A DNA stretch of 64,000 nt. It comes from Carpediemonas membranifera BICM (lineage: Eukaryota > Protista > Fornicata). The DNA is taken from the NCBI GenBank assembly GCA_019828565.1, contig JAHDYR010000066.1, positions 496,001 through 560,000 of the forward strand, given 5' to 3'. The notes below the pieces were generated by a model. That model saw only the letters and a list, made by a program, of their open reading frames with translations, was not told the DNA's origin and did not search any database. Position 1 is the stretch's first letter; every line of letters begins with the position of its first letter. Shown here piece after piece: positions 1 to 10,409 of this stretch. The position numbers were made by a program, and so were the translations under genes.

Positions 1-80
1 AGCCCTGCAGCGTCGCGAGGCCGTCCGGCGTCGCAACTTTTTTTCACGCAAGGCTGAGCCTTTTCTCCCCGAGAACAAGA

Positions 81-681
81 ATGGAGTCCCAGCTGCTTTT
101 CGGCAAGTGGTTTGTAGCCGTACACGTGCCAATCTTACCCCAGGAGCTTTGAGGATATCAAGTGCGAGGACCTCTCCCTTGAGGACTACATCACCATCAC
201 TCCCCTCCGTGTTCCCCACTCCGCCGGTCGCTGGAGCGCCAAGCGTTTCAAGAAGGCTTCCTGCCCCATCGTCGAGCGCCTCACCAACTCCATGATGTAC
301 CACGGCCGCAACACCGGCAAGAAGATGATGGCCATGAAGATCGTCGAGCACACCTTCGACCTCATCCACCTCTTCACCGGCGAGAACCCCCTCCAGATCC
401 TCGTCAACGCCGTCCAGAACTGCGGTGCCCGTGAGGATTCCACCCGTATCGGCCGTGGTGGTGTCGCCCGTCGCCAGGCCGTCGATGTCGCCCCCCTCCG
501 CCGCGTCAACCAGTCCCTCTTCCTCCTCTCCAACGGCGCCCGCAACGCCTCCTTCCGTAACATCAAGACCATCGCTGAGTGCCTCTGCGAGGAGCTGATC
601 GCCGCCGCCAACAACGACACCAAGTCCTACGCCCTCAAGAAGAAGGACGAGCTCGAGCGCGTCGCCGTCTCCAACCGTTAA
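81..681 (+). CDS. RPS5: 40S ribosomal protein S5 (uS7), copy 1; exons 81-109 and 144-681, intron 110-143
   Basis: Spliced product [15 protein letters not shown]...[20 protein letters not shown]...[11 protein letters not shown]...REDSTRIG...[11 protein letters not shown] is canonical uS7. Removing the 34-nt GTTTGT...CCCAG intron restores the frame. Confidence 0.97.
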
Positions 682-844
682 ATAAACGCCCGGTCAAGTG
701 GCCACGCCCAATGCTTGGACTTGTCTGCGAGCCTGGTCCCGCCCAGAGCTACAGGGACCGAGACTTCAGAGACTAAATCCATGTCTACAGCTTCTTCTGG
801 TGAGCTCCGGCTGATGCAGCGTTCAAACGCCAGCGCGCAGGCTA

Positions 845-1486
845 ATGCTTGAAATGACGGACGTGATCGAATGTTGCCGCGAGGAGCAGGACATGGAGAT
901 TGAAGCCATGCAGCATATCTTCGAGTCGCAAATAGAGGTTGTGGACCAGAGTAATCTTATTCTCCGCCTTGTACCGGACTGTAACGACAAGATGTACCTA
1001 GAAGTCAAGGTATTCTACCCGCCCGAGTATCCCCTGAATGCACAGGCGGAGCTGAAGGTTTCTGAGCACAGGAGAGTATCCTCATCCTTCGTGGAACAGA
1101 TGGAGATGCTCATCGACGAGCGCGTTGTGGAGAACGCTGATTTCGGCTGCACCTACGTGTTTGCGATCCTCCAAGAGATTCTGGACGCGTTCTTCGAGCT
1201 CGCCACTGCATCGAATGGCTCTACGTATGACGAGATGATGCGGGAAGAGGCCATGAACGCTCAACTAGAGCAGAAGGAGGAGGTCGAGGAGAAGCCCGAA
1301 GAGGACATCTTCGAGCACGGAATGCTTCCTGGCGAGCCGGTGACTGACGCGATCTTCAAGCGCTGGTGGGACCAGTTTGTCAAGGAGCAGAACATAGATG
1401 TCTCTCTCGAGCCCGTGCACGCCGGGAAGACTGGCAAGCAGATATTTGAAGAGGGTGATGCGGAGGACGAGGATGAAGCCGCGTAG
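845..1486 (+). CDS. RWD-domain protein (RWDD1/GIR2-like)
   Basis: EEQDMEIEAMQHIF N-terminus, YPPEYP RWD motif, and C-terminal GEPVT..F..W..F and KTGKQIFE as in RWDD1/Gir2. Confidence 0.85.
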   Translation: MLEMTDVIECCREEQDMEIEAMQHIFESQIEVVDQSNLILRLVPDCNDKMYLEVKVFYPPEYPLNAQAELKVSEHRRVSSSFVEQMEMLIDERVVENADFGCTYVFAILQEILDAFFELATASNGSTYDEMMREEAMNAQLEQKEEVEEKPEEDIFEHGMLPGEPVTDAIFKRWWDQFVKEQNIDVSLEPVHAGKTGKQIFEEGDAEDEDEAA

Positions 1487-1565
1487 TGTACAGTAAACGG
1501 CCCGGTTATAAAATTTACTGGATCGCGCATTTTATGCGCAAGCATAGCTGCTTCGGACGAAACAA

Positions 1566-2056
1566 ATGTCTGGACCTGCAGAGATCATGACGGATACGTT
1601 CCAGGCACATACCCTGATGGATAAGGATGGGAAGCCCGTGGTACAGCATTTCGACAGAGGTTTGTTCAGGTTTTGCTGAATTCTCATATAGTCACTCGTT
1701 ATGAGCTTACATCTGTCCAGGGCTCCGATGTTATGCTTCTTGATGTGAATAGCGACCTTTATCCCCTCAAGAACGGCACCTCCTACCGAATCCGTGTTTC
1801 CAGCGTTCCCGACTTCAACACGAACAAGGACCTGGAGATCCTCCAGCAGGAGCAGAGCGCCATGGAGTACGCTATGGCTGGAACTATCTTCCGCTTCGAG
1901 ATTGCGGATGGCACTGAGGCTGACCGCGCCTGCACGGTCTATGCGTCCTTCGGCGGGCTCATCATGGAGCTCCGCAGCACCCTCAACACCCTTAACTCGT
2001 TTGCCATGGACCAGAAGGTCTACATCACGATGTATGAGGTCCAGAGACCCATTTAA
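1566..2056 (+). CDS. RPB8: RNA polymerase I/II/III shared subunit RPB8 (RPABC3); intron 1660-1691
   Basis: Splicing a 32-nt GTTTGT...TATAG intron gives ...HFDRVTRY...LDVNSDLYP...EYAMAG...VYASFGGLIMEL, the RPB8 signature motifs. Confidence 0.93.
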
Positions 2057-2884
2057 ATATTATTCGGACGGCGCTGTTTTGTTTTTACCAGCAATGTCTT
2101 GTTGTTGCTGGTGTGTCTGGAGCAATGAGTCCGGAGTTGACGGTCTCGCGAGCATCTCCCGATAGAACAGCATTCCGATCGTTCCAGTAGATCAGCCGGT
2201 GGCCTGTGTCTGAGGCAGTATCAGGGGTGGGGCCTTGGCTTGGACATCATCGATGAGATGAACACCGGGAGGCCGGTTGCTCTCCATCTATCTGCCTACA
2301 AGATCTCCGCGTTGTCAGATCGTCCGCATGCCATTGGTGCGATCGACACCGAGACCCTCGATGCTCAGAGGCCTCGGTTGACCCATAGTTAGACCGCTTA
2401 TCGACTTGACCTTGCCGGACAGTACCCGGGAATGATCGTGCCCACGACACTACCCTGGATATGCTATGCAAACCCGCCGTGAAGTCAATGCCCTGATAGG
2501 GCACCGGGGCAAGGCACTCAAGCCGCCCGCCATCCAGTGCTACGTCGTCCCCGGAGACCATGATCCGACTTCATCATCCAGGCATGACCCGTATTTTCTT
2601 TGATATGCCATCCCTGCAGGATGTAGACTTACAGCAGTCTTCGCCTCAACCATTCCTGACAAAACTCTGTCATAAATGATCGTGCGACGACAGACGAGAC
2701 CAGCTGATGTTACGGGCGCCGAGGGATGACCGGGAGACACTTGCCGTCTACCAGCTGGCCAGCGGGCGCACCATGCCCAAGCCAAGAATTTACGAAAATC
2801 CCCCAAGAGATGGACACGATGGACAAGGGTCAAGGAAGATTATATAAGCTGAATGGACATAAAACACACACCTAAGCTGGCCCT

Positions 2885-4376
2885 CTAATCATGTTGCGCA
2901 GTGTAAGTGCCAAACTGTACCTGATCCTCGTTAACCATGTTAAGATCGACGACAATGTTATACCTCTTGAGAAGGGGAACTATCTCTCTCGCGAACTTTC
3001 GATATGGCGCGCAAGGAATGAACATACCAGCAGGCGTGGTGAATCCCGAGCTCCCGTAGAAGACTTTCAGGCGAATGGGGGTGGCGATGGGATGGTGGCG
3101 ACGCCAACCGAACTCCCGAGCCAACTGTTGGCCGCAGCGGGCGAAGTGCTTCTGGCGAAGGATGTGGTTCGCAAAGCGCACTTGGCGGAAAGACTTACGC
3201 ATTCCAGCCTCGAAAATGTCGTTCGCGTTGTCCAGCACAAACCTAATAGAGTTGTTGATACTCACTAGTCTTGTGCTCTTGAACGACGCGGCCGTCATAT
3301 CAAAGCCGAAACTTGGCGTCTTAGTGTATCCGCACTTTGGAAGGACGCCGGAGCTGGTGGAGCCATCGGGGTGCCTGATGTAATACCCTCCGATGGACCT
3401 CGCGCCCGGGTCGAACCCCATGAGGTGGGCATCAGGATCCGGCGCGGGCGGAGCATCGGCATTATTGGTCCCGAGTCGGGGGCGCTCTTTCTCCCGCCCT
3501 TTCGCTCGCTTTCGAACAGGCATGCTCGCATCATGTTGTGGCCGATAGTGGCCGAAGCCTCTCTTAATCGTCACCGCCACACAGACCCCATCGGTGCTCA
3601 GGCTGAGCAGACGGCCCATTGACCTTGGGTTGTTCTGGTATGGTTCCTCCTGCTCTTCTGTCAACGGTTTGGTGGCGTGTGGGCGTGTGGGATTAATTCC
3701 CACACGATGACAGAAGTTCCCGTTCAGTAGGCCCATCGTTTCACCGTAGGCCATGAAGCCCGGTCGGACGGGGGCCATGGGCACGATCGGCACGAGGCGA
3801 GGCTGGCGGAGCGACATCGAGTACTCCCCGTTGAAGTGGCTGATGAGGCCACTCAACTTCTCCACTCCGTCTGCAATTGCCCAGACGCAAGAGAGAATGC
3901 GTGGGGCAGCCTCGGAGACTGGGAGCCCGTCGTTCTCACCCATGTGAGCCGCCCAGAACAGCGAGGGGAGACACGCGAGGATCACAGGGTTGACCCTGCC
4001 GAGGATGGCGTGAACGCCGGCCAACTCCTGCTGGAAGAAGGCCGGAGAGCCAACACCTGCGAGAGCCTCTTCGAGTCGGGCGAGGCTGCCCTGTAGCCTG
4101 TCACGGTACGTCTTCACCGTGCGGGCGAGCCACAGCTTCACAGAGTTGGCGTATCGGGTGAACCACGCCCGGAGACTGGGACTCACTCCATACGACGATA
4201 CGATGAGCCATGAGCATGCGACGATGAACACCATTACCAGCCTATACAAGTGTAGAAGTGAATTTAATGTGGAATAGAAGACAATGAGACGACGTGTGAG
4301 CGATTGTGATGTTTGCAGCTGTGCTGACGTCCACGAAGAAGACGCTTTGTGGAAGCCCTGGAGAAGACGATCTCTC
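2885..4376 (-). CDS. Fanzor-like (TnpB/Cas12-family RuvC) protein, copy 1, C-terminally truncated; frame open from 4376, first in-frame ATG at 4234
   Basis: Ordered Fanzor motifs: VP..P.RPGF, STDGVCVAV (TDG at 3587-3595), RuvC-I LMGFDPG (Asp 3410-3412), FRQVRF...RQK, VFYG, APYRKF, and relocated catalytic Glu in MVNE (2927-2929). The ORF ends 13 codons after the Glu with no CxxC Zn-finger and no RD.NA RuvC-III. Confidence 0.8.
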
Positions 4377-4459
4377 TACCGACTTAAGACGTGAGTAGGA
4401 GGGAGACAGGGCAGTGTTGCGCAGTGTAAACACATTGTTCGACCCTTCAATAATAGCAC
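2905..4459 (-). mobile_element. Fanzor-like element copy 1 (homology block shared with 11081-12633)
   Basis: About 1.55 kb direct repeat of 11081-12633. By eye I see only about 5 substitutions, a 1-bp indel and a 3-bp indel. Confidence 0.85.
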
Positions 4460-4748
4460 AGAACAGACTGGGCAAAACTGCGCGGACCTGAACATTTGGA
4501 CCAGGCCGGACCATGGCCACTGAGGGGTTGTCTAAGCACCGCTTCTGCGACCAGACGCTCATCTTGCCAATCTCTACCCCCACCGAGGCCTCGGATCCGG
4601 TGCGGCCATTGCGAGCATGAGCATTTATGTGATACATAGCAGCCTCACACGACGTTAGGGTGTGCTCCACTCTTGACGAGGACCTCTCTCATGACGCCTA
4701 GCTCTAATCACTTTGCACAAAAGTGCGTCGAGTCTGACTTCGCCAGTA

Positions 4749-7700
4749 ATGAGCAGTCTCTGGGCAGGAGGGCCCAGCGCTGTGTGTAACTATCTTACAT
4801 ACCCATACAATGTGCGCAGCAGATCGTTATCCCGCATCCTTCAACATGTCGAGCGAATGCGCCACTTCGAGCGCTCTCTTGGCAAGTTTCGGCTTATTTA
4901 CTTCCTATCACTCTTATCCGCGCAAATGCTGCAATTAATGCTACTATTCACCAAGCCAACGATCCTCTACGTTGTTGATTACGACTCCGTTCCGGTCCGT
5001 GCTATTCTGGCAGCCGTCGCTCTCAGCGCGCAGGCCGTCATGTTCATCTGGCTGCCCCTCGAGATCTTCGTCCTTGCCAATGTCCCCTTCGCCCGTCGTC
5101 TGCGGCACACGCTGGTCTGTCTTCTGTCCGACCTGGTCGCCCGGGGCCTCTTCTTCCCCCTCGTCAAGGCGTTCTCCACTGCATACCACTGCTCTGACGT
5201 GTTCAGCAGCAATAACTGTCCGAACACTATCAGTCGCCCGGTCGGGCTAATGGCGGGGGGTTGTCTTTTCTATATCACCATCGCCGTCGTCTTCGTCAAA
5301 TTCGGCAGCCAGAGCACGCCCTTTGTTCCAAACCGGGTCGGCGGACTGCAGTACCCCTGCATCCCGATGCATATCGCCCACACCGTCGTCCCTGGTCTTA
5401 TCCTGCACTTTGCTATGCGGGTCCGCTGCCAGGGCTCTGTTCCAGCCCGAGCAGCCATCGCGAGTCTCGCCCTCGGCATGGCTGGGGCGCAGTGCATTAT
5501 CCCCTTCTTTCTCCAGCCGCTGCTTGCCGTGGTTGACCTCGGGGTCTACGTTGCCGTCGCCATCGCTTCCCTGCTCCCCACCACCGGGCATGGCACCATC
5601 GTAGCCTGCATTCCGGGCCTCATCGTCGGCGTCATCGTCGTGGCGGGCCGGCTGGTGCTCCTTGAGGTGCGGTTCCGGGGAGTCGTGCAGCAAGTTCCCC
5701 AGCACCACCGCATGCCTGGTTCCATCCTCAAGACGGGCAACAGGATGACGGTGCCACTGCCCAAGTTCGCCACGTTCCCCGGGCTCGTCCAATATCTCTT
5801 CTACCTCAGGCAGAGACTCGACGAGAGTCAGGTGCAGTCGAGACACGCCATCGGCATGCTCCTGAGCCACGCGGCCGCCCTCAAGGACGGTACGCTGACC
5901 GGCCGCATTGTCCTGTCAATGTACCACGCGACAGTCGACCATGACGTCCCCCGGGCCCAGGACGCGGCCAGCAGGACGATGACGCTAGCCAAGCGGGGAC
6001 TGCTACACGTCAACCTGACCGGTCTGGTCATGTTCGTCAGCGTGAGGACGGCGATCGGGGGCTGCAGCAGTGTCGCAGCTGACGGCGACACCCATGCATT
6101 GCTCAGAGAAACCCAGCGCATGGCCGCGGGCGACGTCGACGAGGCCCTGAGGGCAATACACCTCTTCTGGCACAGTCTCAGCGAGGCCACACCGGACGTC
6201 AACGACCTGTACGAGCAGGTCACGCGCCTCCACCGTCTCACACGGCGGGTCGAGGCGGGGCTGCGGCCTGTCCTCGAGGTCTATCCGGACAACGTGCAGC
6301 TGCTGGAGGTGTACGTCCGGCTCACACGGGACGTGACCATGGAGCCTGACATCGCCCAGAGCATCGCCGCCCGTGTCGCAGCCCTGCGGGGCGTGGGGGC
6401 CGCGGACACCAGCTCGGAGGATCTCCCCGATGACCGGGCCGAGGCAGACGCCAGGCGGTGGCGGGGCACCCTCCGCAAGATCATGCGGCGACACGCCCAG
6501 CAGCTCCCTCGGCACAACCAGTCTATCACCCGGGTCCGTGGCCGGCTGTTGGTCATGCAGCTCGCCTTCATCGCCGTCGTCTCGGTAGTTGCCGCCGCGC
6601 TAGTCATCTTCACTGTGCGAGAGGAGCGCTTCGTCCAGTGCGGCTACGACGCCTCGCTTGCCGTTGCCGATGCCACAGGGGCATACCAGATGATCGGCCG
6701 GCTGATGCTCGAGCGGGCCAGGGAGGGTGCGGGGCTCAGCGCCGGGCTGCCGACCGTGGGTTCCGTCTACGAGCAGCTGTCGGCCTATGTCGCCGGGTTT
6801 GAGTCGGCCGTGGCGTCGTTCGCCGAGACGGTGTCGAGCGGCTTCCTCCTCAGCACGCCCGCCACCGATACTGTGTTCCAGGAGGCGTACGTCCAGTACG
6901 AGTTCGACGAGGACCTCGGCCTCTTCTACGCCGGACTCGCCAGCATCTACAACGTGACCGCTGCCCTAATTGCCCGCTTCCGGGCGGTCTCCCAGGGCTC
7001 ATGGGCCCTCTCGGACCACGCCTTCATATTCGGCAACGTCCAGTTCGCCGGTATGGGCGGGAAAGTGGCCTCCCTGCTTGGCGCGATGGCCGACCGCTTG
7101 TCGACAGAGTTGATGATCCTGATAGAGCTCCTCCTCGGGACGGCAGCCCTCGCGACCGTCTCACTCGGCGTCTTCGTCGCTGCATTCGTCATCCCAACAT
7201 TCCTCGGCGTTATGCGCGACCGGTTGGAGGGCATCAATGTCTACCTCCACCTCCCCGTGCCCGCCCGCCGTCGCATGGCCGCCGTCACCCGGCGCCGCAC
7301 GCCCGTGACGTCGCCCATTTCCCACCCCAGGGCCATCAGGTTTGCCGACGAGCCTGACCCCCGTGTGCCGGCCGTGACCCCCTTGACGGGGGCCGTGGCT
7401 GGGCGACTGACGACTTCCGACACATCCCTCTGGCCGGAAAACGAGGCTGTCGTCCAGCGGCTGCGAGGGAGGAAGCAGACGGTCGCCCGACACCTCCGGG
7501 TGCTGAACGGGCTGCTTGGCGTGGTCTTCGTCGTCGGCGGGTGCACATTCATCGGCGCCATTGTCATTTTCAGCATCGCCGCGACGGCCTTTTCCCAGAT
7601 CGAGCAGACCCACTCAACCCTCAGCAGCACGAGCTCGGAGCTGCTGCCCCTCCAGATCGCCGCTCACCAACTGACCAAGAGCACACTGCGGTTCGCCGTT

Positions 7701-10052
7701 CTCGGGGACATAGAGGCCGTCGCTGCATTCGTCGAGGCCGACCTCCTTCGGACGATGCCGTACACGTCTGCCTTTAAGCTTGCCGTGACCCAGATCATGG
7801 ACGCGACGAATGGGCTCAACGTCCTTGACCGCTACCACTCCATTGTCTGGATGATGCTGGCGCAGACAAACACGGCGGATCGTGACATATTCTGCCAGGT
7901 CTCCGGCTACGAGTACAACTACACCGCCGAGCCTGACTGGTCAGCCCAGGACGCCGAGTACGGTGCCGAGCGGCCACACGGCTGGTACTCGACCCCCGCC
8001 GAGGACGCCATGTTGAGCGCAGACCAGGCCACCAGCATCGGCCTCAGCGTGCTGACGAGCACCCCATACCGCGCCACCAAGGACGCCGTGCTGGCGAGCT
8101 TCGTGGACACTTATGGCACCGTCTCGGGCCGCGTCGGGGAGGCCCTCGCATCGTTGAAGCGGCGCGAGGGTTGGGCCACCGCAGCCTTGTCAGTAGCCGC
8201 CGTGGTGATCATATTGACACTGTTCGTCCTCGTCGCGGTCGTCGCGCTGTCTTCCTTCTTCGTCGTCCGCGTCCAGCAGCTGCGGGGCCGCATCCTAGAC
8301 ATACAGACGGAGAGGGCCGGCGTCCCGCCCGGTCCCGAGGCGGGTGGTCCCTTCCCCATCGACTCAACCGACTCGGGCCTGGGCGAGGCGGCGGCATCGA
8401 AGGCCGGCCCGGCGCTCCCCATCAGACGACTGGCGCTACACTACCAGCACGATGCTGGGACGGTGCTGAAGGTCATCGCAACAGCGGCACTATCGATGCT
8501 GGCTATGGTGGCGATGGTCGTGTTCTACTCGTCCTACCATCGTGCCCACGGCACCACGGACGTTGTCGCCTTGACCGAGCTCAGAAACGAGTTTGTCAGC
8601 ACCGAGGAGGCGATTCTCGACCAGCTATTCGAGGCTTTCGACGCCCTGTACGTGTACGTCGCCAACGGGGACGATACGTCCGCCGCACGGGTCGACGCCG
8701 CGCTCGCCTCCTTCCACACGATGCTCGACCCGGTGGAGGCCACCCTCTCCGACTCCCTCCTCGGGCTGGGCTCCGACGCCGCTGTCTGGGCGATTCACGG
8801 GTCCGCGGAGGAGCTCTGGGGCTTCTTCACGGACAACGCACTAACCGCGGCCAGGCTCGCCATGTCGGCCCACGGCACCGGGGCTGACGTCATGCCCACA
8901 GTGGCAGCGTTCACTGAGGTCTCGGCCGCCACTGTGGCCTTCCGCGTGCAGCAGGCCGCCCTCTTCCCCGGCCACCTCCGCCCTACCAACGTCACCGCTG
9001 ACCTGGGCCTGCCCGAGTCCGACCGCCGTGCCCTCGCGTGGGCCCTCATCCTCGACCGGCCCTCGGTTGCCCTGGAGAGTGCCACGGCCGCCTCACTGAC
9101 GCGTCTCTTCACCTCGGTCAGGAGGGTCCTCACCAATCGATGCGACGCCGCGTCGTCCGCCCTCACTCGCGCTGTCACCACCGCGGGGCTGGCTGCGGCC
9201 GTCGTCCCCGTGCTTGCGGTGCCGTTGGCCATGCTCGCGGCGGACACGGTCTTCCCCGAGAACACACGGCGGCATAGGATCATCCAGCAGCGGCTCCGCA
9301 CCTCCCCGACCGTCGATGCCCTGCGCCGCGTGCTCATGCTTGTCGCGCGGACAGCAGGCGAGTGGGTGCTATTCGTCGCCGTCGTGTGCGCGGCGTGCTT
9401 CATGTCCCGGGGCACCATGGCCCGCCTGACGACCGCGGGGGCGGAGCTGATGTCCCACCGCTACATGGTGGCGTCCGTCCAGGACATGGTCACGCGGCCC
9501 CACGACGCCGCCTTCTACCGCTACTGGGTCGAGAACTACATCCAGCTGGACATGGACGCTTCGGCCACACTCGAGGTCGCCCCGCCTGTGGGCTACCAGC
9601 TGGCCGAGTGGGGGCAGGTCCTTTTTCGTGGCGGCGACGTCTACTCCCCCTACCGGCAAAGCCTGCGGGCCAGGTTCCTTGATGCCTTCGTCATGGCGGA
9701 CCCGGACCTGTCCAGCGAGTGCGGGCTGGCTGACGGGCTCGACAACGAGTTCTTCGAGACGGTGCGGGACCTGGGCCTCGAGTATGACGCGATGCTGGGT
9801 GCGAGGCTGGCGGAGCTGAAGGACGCCGCCTTGTTCCGGATCCGGGCGATGCGGTACGGCGCGGTCGTCGTCACGCTGTTGCTGCTGCTCCGGTCTGGAC
9901 TGAACACACGTGTTGTCCGTCGGACGGTGCTGGCGCCGATCACTGCCGAGGACCGCGCCATCGGCAGTCTGCTGGAGATGGTGCCGCCGCAGTACATCGC
10001 CGGGCACCCACTAGTGGCCCGCTTCGTCGCATGCAGGGATGGGCAGCGTTGA
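4749..10052 (+). CDS. Large multi-pass membrane protein, TmcB/TmcC-like; exact start uncertain
   Basis: N-terminal TM cluster; helical segment FW..L...VLEVYPDNVQLLEVYVRLTRDV resembling the TmcB/C TPR-like region; repeated TM-extracellular-TM blocks; C-terminal SLLEMVPP motif. Confidence 0.6.
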   Translation: MSSLWAGGPSAVCNYLTYPYNVRSRSLSRILQHVERMRHFERSLGKFRLIYFLSLLSAQMLQLMLLFTKPTILYVVDYDSVPVRAILAAVALSAQAVMFIWLPLEIFVLANVPFARRLRHTLVCLLSDLVARGLFFPLVKAFSTAYHCSDVFSSNNCPNTISRPVGLMAGGCLFYITIAVVFVKFGSQSTPFVPNRVGGLQYPCIPMHIAHTVVPGLILHFAMRVRCQGSVPARAAIASLALGMAGAQCIIPFFLQPLLAVVDLGVYVAVAIASLLPTTGHGTIVACIPGLIVGVIVVAGRLVLLEVRFRGVVQQVPQHHRMPGSILKTGNRMTVPLPKFATFPGLVQYLFYLRQRLDESQVQSRHAIGMLLSHAAALKDGTLTGRIVLSMYHATVDHDVPRAQDAASRTMTLAKRGLLHVNLTGLVMFVSVRTAIGGCSSVAADGDTHALLRETQRMAAGDVDEALRAIHLFWHSLSEATPDVNDLYEQVTRLHRLTRRVEAGLRPVLEVYPDNVQLLEVYVRLTRDVTMEPDIAQSIAARVAALRGVGAADTSSEDLPDDRAEADARRWRGTLRKIMRRHAQQLPRHNQSITRVRGRLLVMQLAFIAVVSVVAAALVIFTVREERFVQCGYDASLAVADATGAYQMIGRLMLERAREGAGLSAGLPTVGSVYEQLSAYVAGFESAVASFAETVSSGFLLSTPATDTVFQEAYVQYEFDEDLGLFYAGLASIYNVTAALIARFRAVSQGSWALSDHAFIFGNVQFAGMGGKVASLLGAMADRLSTELMILIELLLGTAALATVSLGVFVAAFVIPTFLGVMRDRLEGINVYLHLPVPARRRMAAVTRRRTPVTSPISHPRAIRFADEPDPRVPAVTPLTGAVAGRLTTSDTSLWPENEAVVQRLRGRKQTVARHLRVLNGLLGVVFVVGGCTFIGAIVIFSIAATAFSQIEQTHSTLSSTSSELLPLQIAAHQLTKSTLRFAVLGDIEAVAAFVEADLLRTMPYTSAFKLAVTQIMDATNGLNVLDRYHSIVWMMLAQTNTADRDIFCQVSGYEYNYTAEPDWSAQDAEYGAERPHGWYSTPAEDAMLSADQATSIGLSVLTSTPYRATKDAVLASFVDTYGTVSGRVGEALASLKRREGWATAALSVAAVVIILTLFVLVAVVALSSFFVVRVQQLRGRILDIQTERAGVPPGPEAGGPFPIDSTDSGLGEAAASKAGPALPIRRLALHYQHDAGTVLKVIATAALSMLAMVAMVVFYSSYHRAHGTTDVVALTELRNEFVSTEEAILDQLFEAFDALYVYVANGDDTSAARVDAALASFHTMLDPVEATLSDSLLGLGSDAAVWAIHGSAEELWGFFTDNALTAARLAMSAHGTGADVMPTVAAFTEVSAATVAFRVQQAALFPGHLRPTNVTADLGLPESDRRALAWALILDRPSVALESATAASLTRLFTSVRRVLTNRCDAASSALTRAVTTAGLAAAVVPVLAVPLAMLAADTVFPENTRRHRIIQQRLRTSPTVDALRRVLMLVARTAGEWVLFVAVVCAACFMSRGTMARLTTAGAELMSHRYMVASVQDMVTRPHDAAFYRYWVENYIQLDMDASATLEVAPPVGYQLAEWGQVLFRGGDVYSPYRQSLRARFLDAFVMADPDLSSECGLADGLDNEFFETVRDLGLEYDAMLGARLAELKDAALFRIRAMRYGAVVVTLLLLLRSGLNTRVVRRTVLAPITAEDRAIGSLLEMVPPQYIAGHPLVARFVACRDGQR

Positions 10053-10409
10053 GGCTTCAGTAAACGTTTCATCCGTGTGTGGAAGTGTCAAGACGGATCA
10101 GTGGGCGTAGTTCGAGGCTGGGGCGGCAGAGACTGGCCATAAATCCGTGTGATGTCAAACCACTGAGCCTCCGTATCCGCTGTAACTATAAGTTCATTGC
10201 ACATGATGATAGACTGTGACAGATCCATTATAAATCACTTCAAACATGGTGGGACCACTACAAATTTCAACAAATAATGACCTGGGAAGTCGTAGAAGTC
10301 AATGTGTCAGTGACAGGTGGGGGAGGGTCGGCCCAAGCAGCGCCCAACAGACAGTATGAGGGGTGAGTCGTGTCGCCTGGCCGGGTCGCAAACAAGTTGC
10401 CACTGAAGT

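Noticed and set aside
2540-2833. Minus-strand ORF as the missing Fanzor C-terminus (VCRRTIIYDRVLSG)
   Set aside because: Only a faint resemblance to C...RD.NA, lacks the catalytic Asp and CxxC pairs, is not shared by copy 2, and no clean splice links it.
4242-4670. 142-aa ORF as a separate transposase or accessory gene
   Set aside because: Only its 3' half is shared with copy 2, it has no transposase motif, and it overlaps the Fanzor 5' module.
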